This document shows positions 1-9,689 of a DNA stretch of 64,000 nucleotides, piece by piece. Each line of letters opens with the position of its first letter. Positions within the stretch are counted from its first letter, which is position 1. The DNA is from an uncultured Methanomicrobiaceae archaeon (GTDB taxonomy: Archaea > Halobacteriota > Methanomicrobia > Methanomicrobiales > Methanoculleaceae): the NCBI GenBank assembly GCA_963826525.1, contig CAWGXH010000004.1, positions 1,344,001 through 1,408,000 of the forward strand. The letters are read 5' to 3'. A program made the position numbers and the translations under genes. The notes under the pieces are model-generated. The model searched no databases. It worked only from the letters and a program-made list of their open reading frames with translations, and was not told the DNA's origin.

Positions 1-136
1 TCTTCGTAAGGTCGTAGAGTGCCGCGTCTCCCTCCGCCCGAACTCTCCCGATGATCTCGGAGGCCGGTCCCTTCGCGGCGTCGAGGCTCGAGCGCCGCCC
101 GGCAATCCACGTATCGATATCCAGCGCCTTCCACAT
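1..136 (-). CDS. hisD: Histidinol dehydrogenase, N-terminal part (runs off the window edge)
   Basis: ATG at 136 reads MWKALDIDTWIAGRRSSLDAAKGPASEIIGRVRAEGDAALYDLTK. The II..VR.EGD.AL..LT pattern is the HisD N-terminus. Confidence 0.75.
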   Translation of the reverse strand, partial: MWKALDIDTWIAGRRSSLDAAKGPASEIIGRVRAEGDAALYDLTK

Positions 137-419
137 GGCAGAGATGGTTATCGAGCCGTGGTTATTACGGTTTCGATAGAGCGGTATGCCGGGAGTCTGT
201 GCGGTCTTGGGTATCCCATCGTCCCCGGACGAGCCCGGCGGGCGCATCGGCGGTACCGACCTGCGGATCGAGAGCCTTCACTCCCGGTACGCCTTGTGAT
301 CGATACATGTCGAAAAGAGGCGAATTGTCGATTGGTTAACCCGATGTCTTTTACTCCGTCGGTATTCAGTGATTAATATAATAATATTTTTATATTATTA
401 CCCGGTAGTGCCTGACCCT

Positions 420-1376
420 ATGACTACGAAAGCATGGATGCCCCGTGTGGGCATCGTGGCATTGCTGGTGCTGATCTGCTGCACGGCGTGGGCCTGCGCC
501 CAGCCGGTCGGCCCCGATCAGGCATCTGCTTCCGAACCGGCGGATCCGGGTGTGCTCAAAATTGCAACGACAACGAGTCTTGATAACACCGGACTGCTTG
601 CTGCGCTGGAGCAGGTCTACGAGAACGAAACCGGCGTCGACCTCCAGTTCATCGCACAGGGGACGGGCCAGGCACTCGATACCGCCAGCAGGGGCGATGT
701 CGACATGGTCATGGTGCACGCCCCGAGCCTTGAGGAACAGTTTATCAGCGATGGTTACGGTGTCAATCCCCGCTGCTTCGCCTACAACTACTTCATCATC
801 GTCGGACCGCCGGATGACCCGGCAGGTATCCAGGGACTCTCTGCCGCGGATGCGTTCAAGCAGATATATCTCGCGGGCAGCAACGGAACCTCCGGTGTCG
901 TCTTCGTCTCCCGCGGTGACAACTCCGGCACTAACACGAAAGAGAAGGAACTCTGGGAAACTGCCGGCTACAACTACACCAGCCAGGTTCAGGGTTCCAG
1001 CAACTGGTATCTGGAGTCCGGGAAGGGCATGGGCGACACGCTGGTGCTCGCCAACGAGAAGAACGGCTATACCCTCTCCGACGAAGGCACCTACCTCGCA
1101 TTCAAGTCGCAGCTGAACCTCGTGCCGCTCGTCAACCAGAGCCCGGAACTGCTGAACCGCTACAGCGCAATCCTGGTGAACCCGGAGAAGTACCCCACCA
1201 CGAATTATCCGGGAGCTGTTAACTTCACCAACTGGCTCATCACGAACGACACCAAGGAGTTCATCGGTAACTTCGGTGTGGCGGAGTACGGGCAGCCGCT
1301 CTTCACCCCGCTGTACGAGCCGCAGTGTGCAGAACCATCCTTCAACTGCACCTGCACCGGAAACATAACTGCATAA
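420..1376 (+). CDS. tupA: Tungstate ABC transporter substrate-binding protein, copy 1
   Basis: ATTTSLDNTGLL (TupA TTTS motif), GTGQA, GDVD..MVHAP, FVSRGDNSGT, YTLSDEGTY; N-terminal signal peptide. Confidence 0.9.
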   Translation: MTTKAWMPRVGIVALLVLICCTAWACAQPVGPDQASASEPADPGVLKIATTTSLDNTGLLAALEQVYENETGVDLQFIAQGTGQALDTASRGDVDMVMVHAPSLEEQFISDGYGVNPRCFAYNYFIIVGPPDDPAGIQGLSAADAFKQIYLAGSNGTSGVVFVSRGDNSGTNTKEKELWETAGYNYTSQVQGSSNWYLESGKGMGDTLVLANEKNGYTLSDEGTYLAFKSQLNLVPLVNQSPELLNRYSAILVNPEKYPTTNYPGAVNFTNWLITNDTKEFIGNFGVAEYGQPLFTPLYEPQCAEPSFNCTCTGNITA

Positions 1377-1566
1377 CGACCACGGTACCCATCAATGAAC
1401 GCGGACAATTCCCGCCGCCTGTGCCGGGAGGTGCGGGCGGCGGAGAGATCCGCTTGCGGCCGGATACAGGCCCCTGTATGCTTTTTGCGCCCTCCGAATC
1501 CCGGAAATGTATCGCTATCGTCACGGAGCAGATCGGTGAGGTGTCGACCGGTATTGAGAGGAGAGA

Positions 1567-1586
1567 GTAGAGGAGATCTCCTTAAC
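1567..1586. promoter_or_regulatory. Candidate operator (W/Mo regulon palindrome)
   Basis: GTAGAGGAGATCTCCTTAAC, ending 20 bp before the TATA element AAATTATATA (1607-1616) of tupA copy 2. Confidence 0.5.
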
Positions 1587-1646
1587 CCCAACCGATCAGT
1601 TGCAGTAAATTATATATGTGAGATTAATCTTTCCAGACAGCTGAGT

Positions 1647-2639
1647 ATGAGACCGAAACTGACGCTTCTTACGGCCGGTATTGTCGTACTCGCTGTCATC
1701 ACTGCTCTGTGTGCAGGGTGCACCGGGACAACACCGGGGAACGAAACTCCGAATGCGACGGCGAACGCGACACCCGTCGGGACTGCAGGAGCTGCCGGCG
1801 GCAGCAATGTCCTCCGTATTGCGACTACGACGAGCCTCGATAACACCGGACTGCTTACCGCGATGGAGCAGGTCTACGAGAACGAGACCGGTGTCGACCT
1901 CCAGTTCATCGCACAGGGGACGGGCCAATCCATCGATACCGCCACGCGCGGCGACGTGGATATGATCATGGTCCATGCGCCGGCGCTCGAGCAGGTATTC
2001 ATCGACCAGGGCTACGGCATCAATCCCCGCTGCTTCGCCTACAACTACTTCATCATCGTCGGGCCGCCCGCCGACCCGGCAGGGATCCAGGGACTGTCCG
2101 CCGCGGATGCGTTCAAGCAGATCTATCTCGCGGGCAGCAACGGAACCTCCGGTGTTGCCTTCGTCTCTCGCGGTGACAACTCCGGCACCCATACGAAGGA
2201 GAAGGAACTCTGGGCTCTTGCAGGCTACAACTACACCAGCCAGGTTCAGGGTTCCAGCAACTGGTATCTGGAGTCCGGGAAGGGCATGGGCGACACGCTG
2301 GTGCTCGCCAATGAGAAGAACGGCTATACCCTCTCCGATGAAGGCACCTACCTCGCATTCAAGTCGCAGCTGAACCTCGTGCCGCTCGTCAACCAGAGTC
2401 CGGAACTGCTGAACCGCTACAGCGCGATCGCAGTGAACCCGGAGAAGTATCCGGATACGAACATCCAGGGTGCGGATGAGTTCATCAACTGGATAATCTC
2501 GGACGAAGGGAAGCAGTTGATCGGTAATTACGGTGTTGAGGAGTACGGAAAGGCGCTCTTCACTCCGCTGTACGCACCCGAGTGCACGCAGCCGCCGTTC
2601 AACTGCACCTGTGCGGAACCGATCCCGATACCTGCATAA
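1647..2639 (+). CDS. tupA: Tungstate ABC transporter substrate-binding lipoprotein, copy 2
   Basis: Starts MRPKLTLL, has a lipobox-like LCAGC and the TTTS motif; core nearly identical to 420-1376. Confidence 0.9.
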   Translation: MRPKLTLLTAGIVVLAVITALCAGCTGTTPGNETPNATANATPVGTAGAAGGSNVLRIATTTSLDNTGLLTAMEQVYENETGVDLQFIAQGTGQSIDTATRGDVDMIMVHAPALEQVFIDQGYGINPRCFAYNYFIIVGPPADPAGIQGLSAADAFKQIYLAGSNGTSGVAFVSRGDNSGTHTKEKELWALAGYNYTSQVQGSSNWYLESGKGMGDTLVLANEKNGYTLSDEGTYLAFKSQLNLVPLVNQSPELLNRYSAIAVNPEKYPDTNIQGADEFINWIISDEGKQLIGNYGVEEYGKALFTPLYAPECTQPPFNCTCAEPIPIPA

Positions 2640-2728
2640 GGAAGGAACTGCGTTCGATATGGAATGAAAACCCTGGCAGCGAGGGGAGGGACAACATGGG
2701 GATCCGGTGATCCCGACACAACCGGGAG

Positions 2729-3432
2729 ATGATGAGCGATCGCAGAGAATGAGATCATCCAGGGAATCATCGAGGCGATCAACCTCATCATCACCCTCAA
2801 CCCGAGCGTCGTACAGATCACCATCCTGTCCCTCTACATATCCCTCACCGCCACCCTCATCGCCGCATCCGTCGCCATGCCGCTCGGGGCTTTTATCTAC
2901 TTTAAGGAGTTCCGGGGAAAGCAGGCGGTCATCAGCACGCTCCAGACACTGTATGCACTTCCCACGGTTATCGTCGGGCTGCTGATGTTTCTGCTCCTCT
3001 CCAACGTGGGGCCGTTAGGGTTTCTGCGCCTCCTCTACACGCCGACCGGCATGATCGTGGCGCAGACGGTTCTCATCATTCCTCTGCTCACCGGGTTGAC
3101 GGTCACGGCGCTCTCGGGCATAGACCGGGAGAAGCGCTATACCATTATCAGCTCTTGGCGCCAGCTCGTTCCAGTCCATCACTACCATCCTCCTGGAGGC
3201 GAAATTCGCGATTATAGGCGCGGTGGTGCTCGGCTTCGGGCGGGCGATCTCCGAGGTGGGCACGGTGATGATCGTCGGCGGTAACATCCGCGGCTACACC
3301 CGGGTGCTCACCACCGCGATCGCGCTCAACACCTCCATGGCGAACTACTCGATGTCGATCGCGCTCGGCATCATTCTGCTGGGGGTTGCGCTCGGGGTGA
3401 ACATTGCCCTCTCCCTGGTACAACGCAGGTGA
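2729..3432 (+). CDS. tupB: Tungstate ABC transporter permease (frameshifts near 2740 and 3150, probably sequencing errors)
   Basis: Joined frames give NEIIQGIIEAINLIITLNP...LYALPTVIVGL...GFGRAISEVGTVMIVGGNIRGYTRVLTTAI; paralogous to the intact 27367-28068. Confidence 0.85.
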
Positions 3433-4545
3433 ACCGGATGATCATCGAAGCACATGAACTCACCAAGGCATACAACTCCCGCGAAGTGCTCCACGGGATT
3501 ACCATTGACGTCAGTGAAGGGGAGACCCTCGGGATCATCGGACCGAGCGGTTCGGGAAAGAGCACCCTGCTCCGGCTTCTGGACCTGATCGAGCCGCCGA
3601 CCTCGGGGGATCTCAGGCTCTTCGGGGTGAACGTGACGGATAAGCATCCCCGGATAGAGATCCGGCGGCGGATGGGCATGCTCTTCCAGAAGCCGATCGT
3701 CTTCAACTCCAGCGTCTATAACAATGTCGCCATGGGGATGAAGTATCGGAAGGTGCCGAGAAACGAGATCGACCGGCGCGTCACAGGAGGCGCTTGAGGC
3801 GGTGGGTCTCTCCCAGTACATCAGGAGCAAAGCGCCCGATCTCTCCGGCGGCGAGCAGCAGCGGGTGGCGTTATCAAGGGTGATCGTCACCGAGCCGGAG
3901 ATCCTCTTCCTCGACGAGCCGACGGCAAACCTCGACCCGACTTCCACGGCCACCATCGAGGAGATAGTGCTGCGGCTGAACCGTGAGCTCGGAACCACTA
4001 TCGTCATAAACACCCACGACATGCTCCAGGGTCAGCGGCTCTCGCAGCGGGTCGGGGTCATGATCGCGGGTGAGATCATGCAGGTTGGAAAACCGAGAGA
4101 GATCTTCCACAATCCGAATAACCTTCAGATCGCACGGTTTGTGGGGGTCGACAACATCCTCTCCGGCAGGATCGTCCCGGGCGGTCAGAATGGCCTTACG
4201 GTGGTCGAGGTGCAGGGAAAACGGATCGAGGTTGCAGAGCAGCCTCCGGGCAGGAGGAATGCCGGGGTGAAGGTCGTCTTCCGGGGAGAGGACGTCACGA
4301 TCGGAACCGGGGAACCGGCCACGACGAGTGCCCGGAACGTCTTTTCGGGTTTCATTACAGGTATCGAATCGACCGCGCCGTTCGTCGCCGTGACGATTGA
4401 CTGCGGATTTCCGGTCACGGCGCTCGTGACCGCCCGTTCCGCGGATGCTATGGACTTAGAGGCCAAAAAAAGAGTCTGGGTCTCCTTCAAGGCCAGCGCC
4501 CTGCACCTCATCCCGGAGGAGGCGGATGCCGGCGCCGGGGGATAG
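3429..4545 (+). CDS. tupC: Tungstate ABC transporter ATPase with TOBE domains (frameshift near 3785)
   Basis: Walker A GPSGSGKS, LSGGEQQR signature, Walker B ILFLDEPT, C-terminal TSARN...FKASA TOBE/Mop region. Confidence 0.88.
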
Positions 4546-4559
4546 TATCATGACGATAC

Positions 4560-5396
4560 ATGCAAGATGTGTCAAGCAGGAGTATGACTATGAGTCCGAG
4601 ACGAGAGATGGAGTCGAAGCTGAAAGGAGAATCGCTGGTGAGGCGCGGGTTGATGCGGCGGTATGAAGGCCGGCCGCAGATCCGGATCGCTCCCGAACTT
4701 AACGTCGTCAAGATCGGCGGGCATGGCATCATCGATTACGGCGCTCCGGTTGTCCAGCCGCTGGTTGATGAGATCGGGGAGCTCTCGAAGACGTATAAGA
4801 TGCTCGTCGTGACCGGCGGCGGCGTGCGGGTGCGGCACATCCTCGACATCGGCCTTGATCTCGGGATGCCGACGGGCGTCCTTGCGGAGCTGACGAGCAA
4901 GATCAGCGAGCAGAATGCGATCATGATGGCGGTGCTGCTCTCCCGGTACAGCGGCATGCGGATCCATACCGCCGACCTCCTCGATATTCCCATGCTGCTG
5001 AAGATGGGCATGCTGCCGGTGACGCACGGGACGCCCCCCTACGGGCTCTACGAGTACCCGCCCGATATCGGGATGATCCCGCCGCACCGCACCGATACCG
5101 GAGCGCTCCTCGCGGCAGAGGTGGTCGGGGCGAAGAGCTGTATTCTCGTCAAGAACGTCGACGGCCTCTACACGGAAAACCCCTTTGTGAACTCCGATGC
5201 GGAGCTGATCAGGGATATCTCGGCACGGGAACTTCTCGATATGCAGATGGAGGATCTTGTCCTCGAGGATAAAGCCGTCGAGCTGCTGCTCCATACCAAG
5301 AACGTGAAGAAAGTGCAGATCATCAACGGGCACAAACCGGGTCTGCTGACGGCCGCGCTCCGTGGGGAGAACGTCGGCACGATCATCAGGGCGTAA
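4560..5396 (+). CDS. Molybdenum storage protein (MosB-like, amino-acid-kinase fold) homologue
   Basis: VVKIGGHGIIDYG, TGGGVRVRH, LGMPTGVL, HGTPPYGLYEYPP..IPPHRTDTGA and KNVDGLYT match the Azotobacter MoSto subunit pattern rather than PyrH. The start may be 4584 or later. Confidence 0.75.
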   Translation: MQDVSSRSMTMSPRREMESKLKGESLVRRGLMRRYEGRPQIRIAPELNVVKIGGHGIIDYGAPVVQPLVDEIGELSKTYKMLVVTGGGVRVRHILDIGLDLGMPTGVLAELTSKISEQNAIMMAVLLSRYSGMRIHTADLLDIPMLLKMGMLPVTHGTPPYGLYEYPPDIGMIPPHRTDTGALLAAEVVGAKSCILVKNVDGLYTENPFVNSDAELIRDISARELLDMQMEDLVLEDKAVELLLHTKNVKKVQIINGHKPGLLTAALRGENVGTIIRA

Positions 5397-5485
5397 CGTC
5401 TCTTGCAGGGGCGGGAGGCAACCCTTTCCCTCTTTCTGCGAAAAAAGTAACCTCTCTTCTTTAATTCCTTCTCTGAGTACGCCTC

Positions 5486-5505
5486 GTTCAGTAAATTGCC
5501 TTAAC
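5486..5505. promoter_or_regulatory. Candidate operator (W/Mo regulon palindrome) upstream of wtpA
   Basis: GTTCAGTAAATTGCCTTAAC, followed by the TATA element AAACTATATA at 5521-5530. Confidence 0.6.
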
Positions 5506-5554
5506 TCAAGGTGAATATAGAAACTATATATTGGTGTCAGTTCATGGTTTTTTC

Positions 5555-6630
5555 ATGAACAATATGCGCATATGTGCACTTCTGTGCCTGTGCCTCTGCG
5601 CCGCAGTCATGATCTGCGGCTGCACCGGCACGTCGACCGAGACCCCCGAGTCGGGAAACGCCACTGCCACTCCGACGTCTGCAGAGCAGATTCAGGTCAA
5701 GGTCTTCCTTGCCGGAAGCCTCGCCGGGCCGTTTGAGAAGATGAAAGCGGCATTTGAAGCAGAGTTCCCGAACACCGAAGTGCTCCTCGAACCCGCAGGG
5801 AGCGTCGACACCATCAAGAAGGTGACGGAGAACGGCAAGCCCGCTGATGTCGTTGCATCCGCCGACTATGCACTCATTCCGCAGATGATGGTTCCCGATC
5901 ACGCCGACTGGTATCTCACCTTCGCCAAGAACACGATGGTGATCACCTACACGAACGAGAGCAAGTACGCTGATGAGATCACCGCGGATAACTGGTATGA
6001 TGTCCTTAACCGCGACGGCGTCAAGTGGGCGTTCTCGGACCCGAACTCCGACCCCTGCGGCTACCGCACGCCGATGGTGATCCAGTCTCGCCGAGGCCTG
6101 CTACAACAACGACCAGATCTTCGAGACACTTCTCGGGGAGCACAGCGGCATCACCGCTACCGAAGAGAACGGCACCTATACCATCCACGCCACCGAACCG
6201 AACCCCGACACCACAACCCTGACCATCCGCCCGAAGAGCGTCGAGCTCGGTGCAGATGGTGCAGTCCGGCGGCCTTGACTATGCGTGGGAGTACCGGAGC
6301 GTCGCGGTGCAGAACGACCTGCAGTTCGTGGAGCTTCCGGCAGCGATCGACCTCTCCTCCGTCGAGTATGCCGACACCTATGCGACCGTCCAGATCGAGT
6401 GCAAGAAGGGCAACGGCACAACCATCTATGTGGGCGCCCCCATCGTCTACGGCGTGACCGTCCCCGCGATCGCCGAGCACCCCGAGATGGGTATCGAGTT
6501 TGTCAAGATGCTGATCGGTCCCACCGGGCAGGCGATCCTGACCGAAGACGGACAGCCCCCGATCGTCCCGGCCAGTGGCTATGGCAACGTGTCCGCGCAG
6601 CTGAACTCCCTGGTTGCCATGAAGGCCTAA
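5555..6630 (+). CDS. wtpA: Tungstate/molybdate-binding lipoprotein WtpA (frameshifts near 6086 and 6249)
   Basis: Lipobox ICGC; VFLAGSL, ADVVASADY, FSDPNSDPCGYR, IRPKSVEL, DYAWEYRSVA, GAPIVYGVTVP. Confidence 0.88.
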
Positions 6631-6697
6631 ACCTCCCTTTTTATTACCGCTCAGAGAAAACGAACGTATCTGAAACGCTCAGAGGACGTTTTTACCG

Positions 6698-7582
6698 ATG
6701 AAGATGGCAACACTCCTGAAAGATCTCTTTCCGCCTGGTGAGGACATGGCCGGATGGTTTGACAGATCCGGCTGGTCTCAACGCAGGATCGACTGGTGCA
6801 TCCTCGGGTTCTGTCTCCTCGGGTCGGTCATCGTCGGCATCACGGTGCTCGCGCTTGCAAATATCTCGATCACCGAATTTGCCAACCCCGGGCATCTGTT
6901 CGAGGTGGCCACGAGTGCGGAGGTCATCGGATCGATCCTGCTCACCTTCGGGGCTGGTCTGAACGCTGTCCTGCTGCTCATCCTCTTCGGCACCCCGCTC
7001 GCCTACGTGCTCGCCCGGTCGCAGCCATCGCGCACAAAGGAGGTGGTGGAGAGCATCGTCGATATCCCGCTCATCCTGCCCCACACGGTGGCCGGTATTC
7101 TGGTGTACCTCCTCTTCATGCGAAGAGGATGGCTCGGAGCACCGCTTGCGGACGTCGGGCTCTCCTTTGAGGACGCCTACCCCGGTACTGTCGTTGCGAT
7201 GCTCTTCGTGGCATCCCCGTTCTACATCAACACGATGCGGGAAGGTTTTCTGAAAGTGCCGGTACACCTCGAGAACGTTGCCCGGACACTCGGGGCGACG
7301 AGGTTCCAGACCTTCTTCCGGGTGACGCTGCCCTTAAGTTTCCGCCACATGTACAACGGTTCGATCCTTGCCTGGGGCCGTGCAATCGGTGAGTTTGCTG
7401 CCGTTATCATGATCGCATACTACCCGTTCATCGCCTCCACGCTGATCTACTACTCGTTTACAACGGACGGTATCAGGACGAGCAGAAGCATCGCGTTCAC
7501 CGTCATCGTCGTCAGTTTTGTGGTCTTCCTGGTGCTCCGGCGCCTGACGCGCTATATGGGGAGGTACGATGATCGAGTTTGA
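6698..7582 (+). CDS. wtpB: Tungstate/molybdate ABC permease
   Basis: DIPLILPHTVAGI, EAA-like ENVARTLGA, WGRAIGEFAAVIMIAYYP. Confidence 0.88.
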   Translation: MKMATLLKDLFPPGEDMAGWFDRSGWSQRRIDWCILGFCLLGSVIVGITVLALANISITEFANPGHLFEVATSAEVIGSILLTFGAGLNAVLLLILFGTPLAYVLARSQPSRTKEVVESIVDIPLILPHTVAGILVYLLFMRRGWLGAPLADVGLSFEDAYPGTVVAMLFVASPFYINTMREGFLKVPVHLENVARTLGATRFQTFFRVTLPLSFRHMYNGSILAWGRAIGEFAAVIMIAYYPFIASTLIYYSFTTDGIRTSRSIAFTVIVVSFVVFLVLRRLTRYMGRYDDRV

Positions 7583-8654
7583 CCGCGTATCGCTGGCGCT
7601 CGGGCAGTTTGCTCTGAAGGAAGTCAGCCTGACCATCAACGAGGGCGACTACTACTTCATCGTCGGGCCGTCCGGTGCCGGGAAGACGGTGATGCTCGAG
7701 GCGATCGCCGGGCTCCACCGCCCGGAGCGCGGGCGCGTGCTCCTCCGCGGCGAGGATATCACTGCTACGCTGCCGGAAGAGCGGCGTATCGGGCTTGTGT
7801 ACCAGGACTACTCGCTCTTCCCGCACATGACCGTCTACGGCAATATCGCCTTCGGCCTGCGTCTCCAGGGGCGTTCGAAGGAGGAGGTCTCCCGTGACGT
7901 CGACGACCTTCTGCAGCGGTTCGGCATCGAACACCTGCAGGATCGCTACCCGCTGACGCTCTCAGGAGGGGAACAGCAGCGGGTGGCGCTCGCCCGTTCC
8001 ATCGCGGTGAAGCCCGATATCCTGCTGCTCGACGAACCGCTCTCGGCGCTCGATCCGGTCACCCGGGAGAAGTTCATGCAGGACCTTGCGGCTCTCCACC
8101 GCGAGCAGCACCTGACGATCGTCCAGGTGAGCCACGAGCGGAGCGAAGCGCGGCGGCTCGGCACCCGGATGGCGGTGATCATCGACGGCAGGCTCGTCGC
8201 CGAAGACCGTGTCAGCGCGGTGCTGAACGCCCCGGGCCGCCCGGACGTCGCCAGGTTCGTCGGCATCGAGAACGTCCTCGAGGGCAGCGTGATCGAGAAC
8301 GCCGGTGGCCTCGCCGTGATCGAGGTCTCTGGCCTCCGGTTCGAAGCGGTGACGGAGGCCCGACCCGGGACCTGCGTCTGCCTCTGCATCAGGGGCCAGG
8401 ACGTCGGCATCGCACTCTCCGGGAACCCGGCATCGAGCGCCCGGAATGTCTTTTCCGGAACCGTGACCGGCCTTGTCGGCAACGGGCCGCTCGTCGACGT
8501 CAGGGTCGACTGCGGTGTGGCAGTGACCGCGCTGCTGACGGAGAAGTCGGTCGAAGACCTTCGGCTAAATCCCGGATCAGGGGTCGTTCTGCTCATCAAG
8601 GCGAGCGCCATTCATGTAATTGCCGGAGACCCCCCCCGGAAGATCGGTGCATAA
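7569..8654 (+). CDS. wtpC: Tungstate/molybdate ABC ATPase
   Basis: GPSGAGKT, LSGGEQQR, LLLDEPLSALD, TOBE region SSARN...IKASA. Confidence 0.88.
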   Translation: MIEFDRVSLALGQFALKEVSLTINEGDYYFIVGPSGAGKTVMLEAIAGLHRPERGRVLLRGEDITATLPEERRIGLVYQDYSLFPHMTVYGNIAFGLRLQGRSKEEVSRDVDDLLQRFGIEHLQDRYPLTLSGGEQQRVALARSIAVKPDILLLDEPLSALDPVTREKFMQDLAALHREQHLTIVQVSHERSEARRLGTRMAVIIDGRLVAEDRVSAVLNAPGRPDVARFVGIENVLEGSVIENAGGLAVIEVSGLRFEAVTEARPGTCVCLCIRGQDVGIALSGNPASSARNVFSGTVTGLVGNGPLVDVRVDCGVAVTALLTEKSVEDLRLNPGSGVVLLIKASAIHVIAGDPPRKIGA

Positions 8655-8683
8655 CAAACTCCGGAGGTATTCTGGAAGTTCTC

Positions 8684-9145
8684 TCAATCAGAAACAGCGT
8701 TGTGTTCGTCTTCGCCTTCGGTATCCGGGCTTTGCGGCCCGTCGAGCGAAGGTCTGCCCGTGGGAGCGTGATCCTGGTATCTGCCGCGCGTGGTCTGATC
8801 CGGTTTTATCTTCATCTTTCTGAGGAGTTCGGCGAGCATTCCGACGCCCAGTACCTCCTCGGCTGCATCGGCATACGTCGTCTCCATCATCCGGAGGAGG
8901 CAGCGCGTCCCCTCCGGGGTGGTCGATATCCCGACTCGCTCAACCCGGCGGATCAGTCCGTCCTGCTCCATCGCGGCATAGGCGGGAAGGACGTAGTAGT
9001 GCGGAACGTCGAGGTACTCGGCGAGCTTCCGCGTTGTCGGGAGGCGTATCGAGACGCCGCCCGGGGTAATACTGACGGTCATGCATCGATCTGCAAAGAG
9101 GAGGATCCGTAATGCCGCATCGAATATGTCATCCTGGTCGGACAT
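8684..9145 (-). CDS. GntR-like winged-helix transcriptional regulator
   Basis: RLPTTRKLAEYLDVPHYYVLPAYAAMEQDGLIRRVERVGIST resembles the GntR wHTH pattern LPs.R.LA..l.V....V..AY..Le..Gli....G.G. Confidence 0.65.
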   Translation of the reverse strand: MSDQDDIFDAALRILLFADRCMTVSITPGGVSIRLPTTRKLAEYLDVPHYYVLPAYAAMEQDGLIRRVERVGISTTPEGTRCLLRMMETTYADAAEEVLGVGMLAELLRKMKIKPDQTTRGRYQDHAPTGRPSLDGPQSPDTEGEDEHNAVSD

Positions 9146-9201
9146 GGTATCTGCTCGTGTATCGCTAAAATAGAATGGTTTTAATGGGAGCAGCGGAAGG
9201 A

Positions 9202-9429
9202 TCACTCCTTCTTCTTCTCGCCCCGCTCTTCTTCGGCCATCTCTTCGAGGTAGATCATCTCGGCACCGACGTCCTGCGCGATCTGCTCAAGTTCGGTCTT
9301 CCGAAAGTGCGTCCCCTCGATCTTCAGGTGTTTATCGTCTCCCTTCTCACCGGTTACGGCGACGACGCGGAAACGCGGCTGCTTTACGCCGGTTCCGACC
9401 TTCTGGCGCTCACGTACGTAGATCTTCAT
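9202..9429 (-). CDS. Small hypothetical protein (75 aa)
   Basis: Clean ORF MKIYVRERQKVGTGVKQPRFRVVAVTG with GAGGTGA SD upstream; co-oriented with the GntR-like gene. Confidence 0.75.
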   Translation of the reverse strand: MKIYVRERQKVGTGVKQPRFRVVAVTGEKGDDKHLKIEGTHFRKTELEQIAQDVGAEMIYLEEMAEEERGEKKKE

Positions 9430-9609
9430 ACTCTTTTCACCTCTGATACAGTTGGTATACCACCTGGTATATTTCCTGAAATCTTAATACTTTCGCCGGA
9501 TCCCACCGGTGTCAAGAGACCGGAATCACGCATCTTTGCGGTTGCCCGGCTGAAATAAGATGTATCGATGGTATTCTCAGGCACCGGGGGGTTCTGTCGG
9601 TCTTGTTTA

Positions 9610-9629
9610 GTTAATCTGATTGCATTAAC
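9610..9629. promoter_or_regulatory. Candidate operator (W/Mo regulon palindrome)
   Basis: GTTAATCTGATTGCATTAAC in the divergent intergenic region between 9429(-) and 9690(+). Confidence 0.6.
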
Positions 9630-9689
9630 TCTGCGAGGCTTCTTCACCGAAAAGAGCCGATGATAGAGAAAGGCTCCGGAGCAGAGACC

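Noticed and set aside
4560-5396. Uridylate kinase pyrH
   Set aside because: The PPY...PP..IPPHRTD insertion and the tup operon context fit the Mo storage protein family better.
5400-5550. Moco/Wco riboswitch in the transporter leaders
   Set aside because: Leaders between the TATA box and start codon are only about 25-80 nt with no evident multi-stem structure; a DNA palindrome explains the shared signal.
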